Shown piece after piece: positions 63,607-64,000 of a stretch of 64,000 bases of DNA. A model generated the notes under the pieces. The model was not told the DNA's origin. It searched no databases and worked only from the letters and a program-made list of their open reading frames with translations. Made by a program: the position numbers and the translations under genes. The stretch's first letter is position 1; each line of letters opens with the position of its first letter. The DNA is taken from assembly GCA_963668175.1 (NCBI GenBank), contig OY764159.1, positions 576,001 to 640,000 of the forward strand, in the 5' to 3' direction. The stretch comes from Syntrophales bacterium. GTDB taxonomy: Bacteria > Desulfobacterota > Syntrophia > Syntrophales > PHBD01.

Positions 63607-63999
63607 TTACTTAAGGACAAACAAAGACGCCTGCTCGCCTGCAACATAACCCGTCGAAAAGGCCGCCTGAAGGTTATAGCCCCCCGTGTCGGCATCGATG
63701 TCCATGACTTCGCCGGAAAAAAAGAGTCCGGAAATCAGACGTGAGGCCATGGTGCGGGGATCGATCTCTTTGAGGGAAACGCCTCCCGCCGTAACGATGG
63801 CCGACGACAGGGGGAGGGGCTGCTTCACGTTGAAGCTCAGCGATTTCATCTGTTGAACGATACCATCCCGCTGACTTCCGTTAATCTGATGTCCGGGGGT
63901 CTCGGGCGGTATTCCGGTCAGCGCGACGAATGGTTCAATCATCTTCCTGGGCAGGAGGCCCGAGAGGATTCTTTGATAGCTTCTCTTTCCGAATTGGTC
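63607..63999 (-). CDS. HI0933/BaiN family NAD(P)/FAD-dependent oxidoreductase, C-terminal part (truncated by window edge)
   Basis: VTAGGV, TMAS, GEVMD, TGGYNLQAAFSTG. Frame stays open to the window end. Confidence 0.9.
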   Translation of the reverse strand, partial: DQFGKRSYQRILSGLLPRKMIEPFVALTGIPPETPGHQINGSQRDGIVQQMKSLSFNVKQPLPLSSAIVTAGGVSLKEIDPRTMASRLISGLFFSGEVMDIDADTGGYNLQAAFSTGYVAGEQASLFVLK

Positions 64000-64000
64000 G

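Overview
A gene-dense, GC-rich chromosomal window with mostly housekeeping and metabolic genes. Gene content suggests an anaerobic deltaproteobacterium, possibly Syntrophales-like (inference). Left third, minus strand: lpxH-speB-pdaD, a MORN-repeat protein, a USP, a NifA-like sigma-54 activator, a three-gene split glutamate synthase with a sigma-54 promoter, then glnA-carA-guaA-carB-purF. Middle: mixed enzymes and transporters, a beta-oxidation cluster, purL/purQ, an amino-acid ABC transporter coupled to a GlcD-like oxidoreductase, and an HDOD/GGDEF module. Right: cimA, a Sua5/YciO-family gene, RNase E/G, proC, a gcvPB-kamA-like-lipA-lpdA operon and a fatty acid-CoA ligase. Best findings: (1) an unannotated 27-aa Ile-rich leader peptide with a full protector/antiterminator/terminator attenuator before cimA; (2) the glycine-cleavage-like operon lacking gcvPA/T/H but containing a radical-SAM aminomutase with glutamate 2,3-aminomutase-type residues; (3) a nif-independent NifA-like circuit over glutamate synthase; (4) a 59-aa four-cysteine ORF below the ORF-track cutoff. 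I saw no tRNA, rRNA, CRISPR array or mobile element. All calls are by eye and from recalled motifs; no searches were run.
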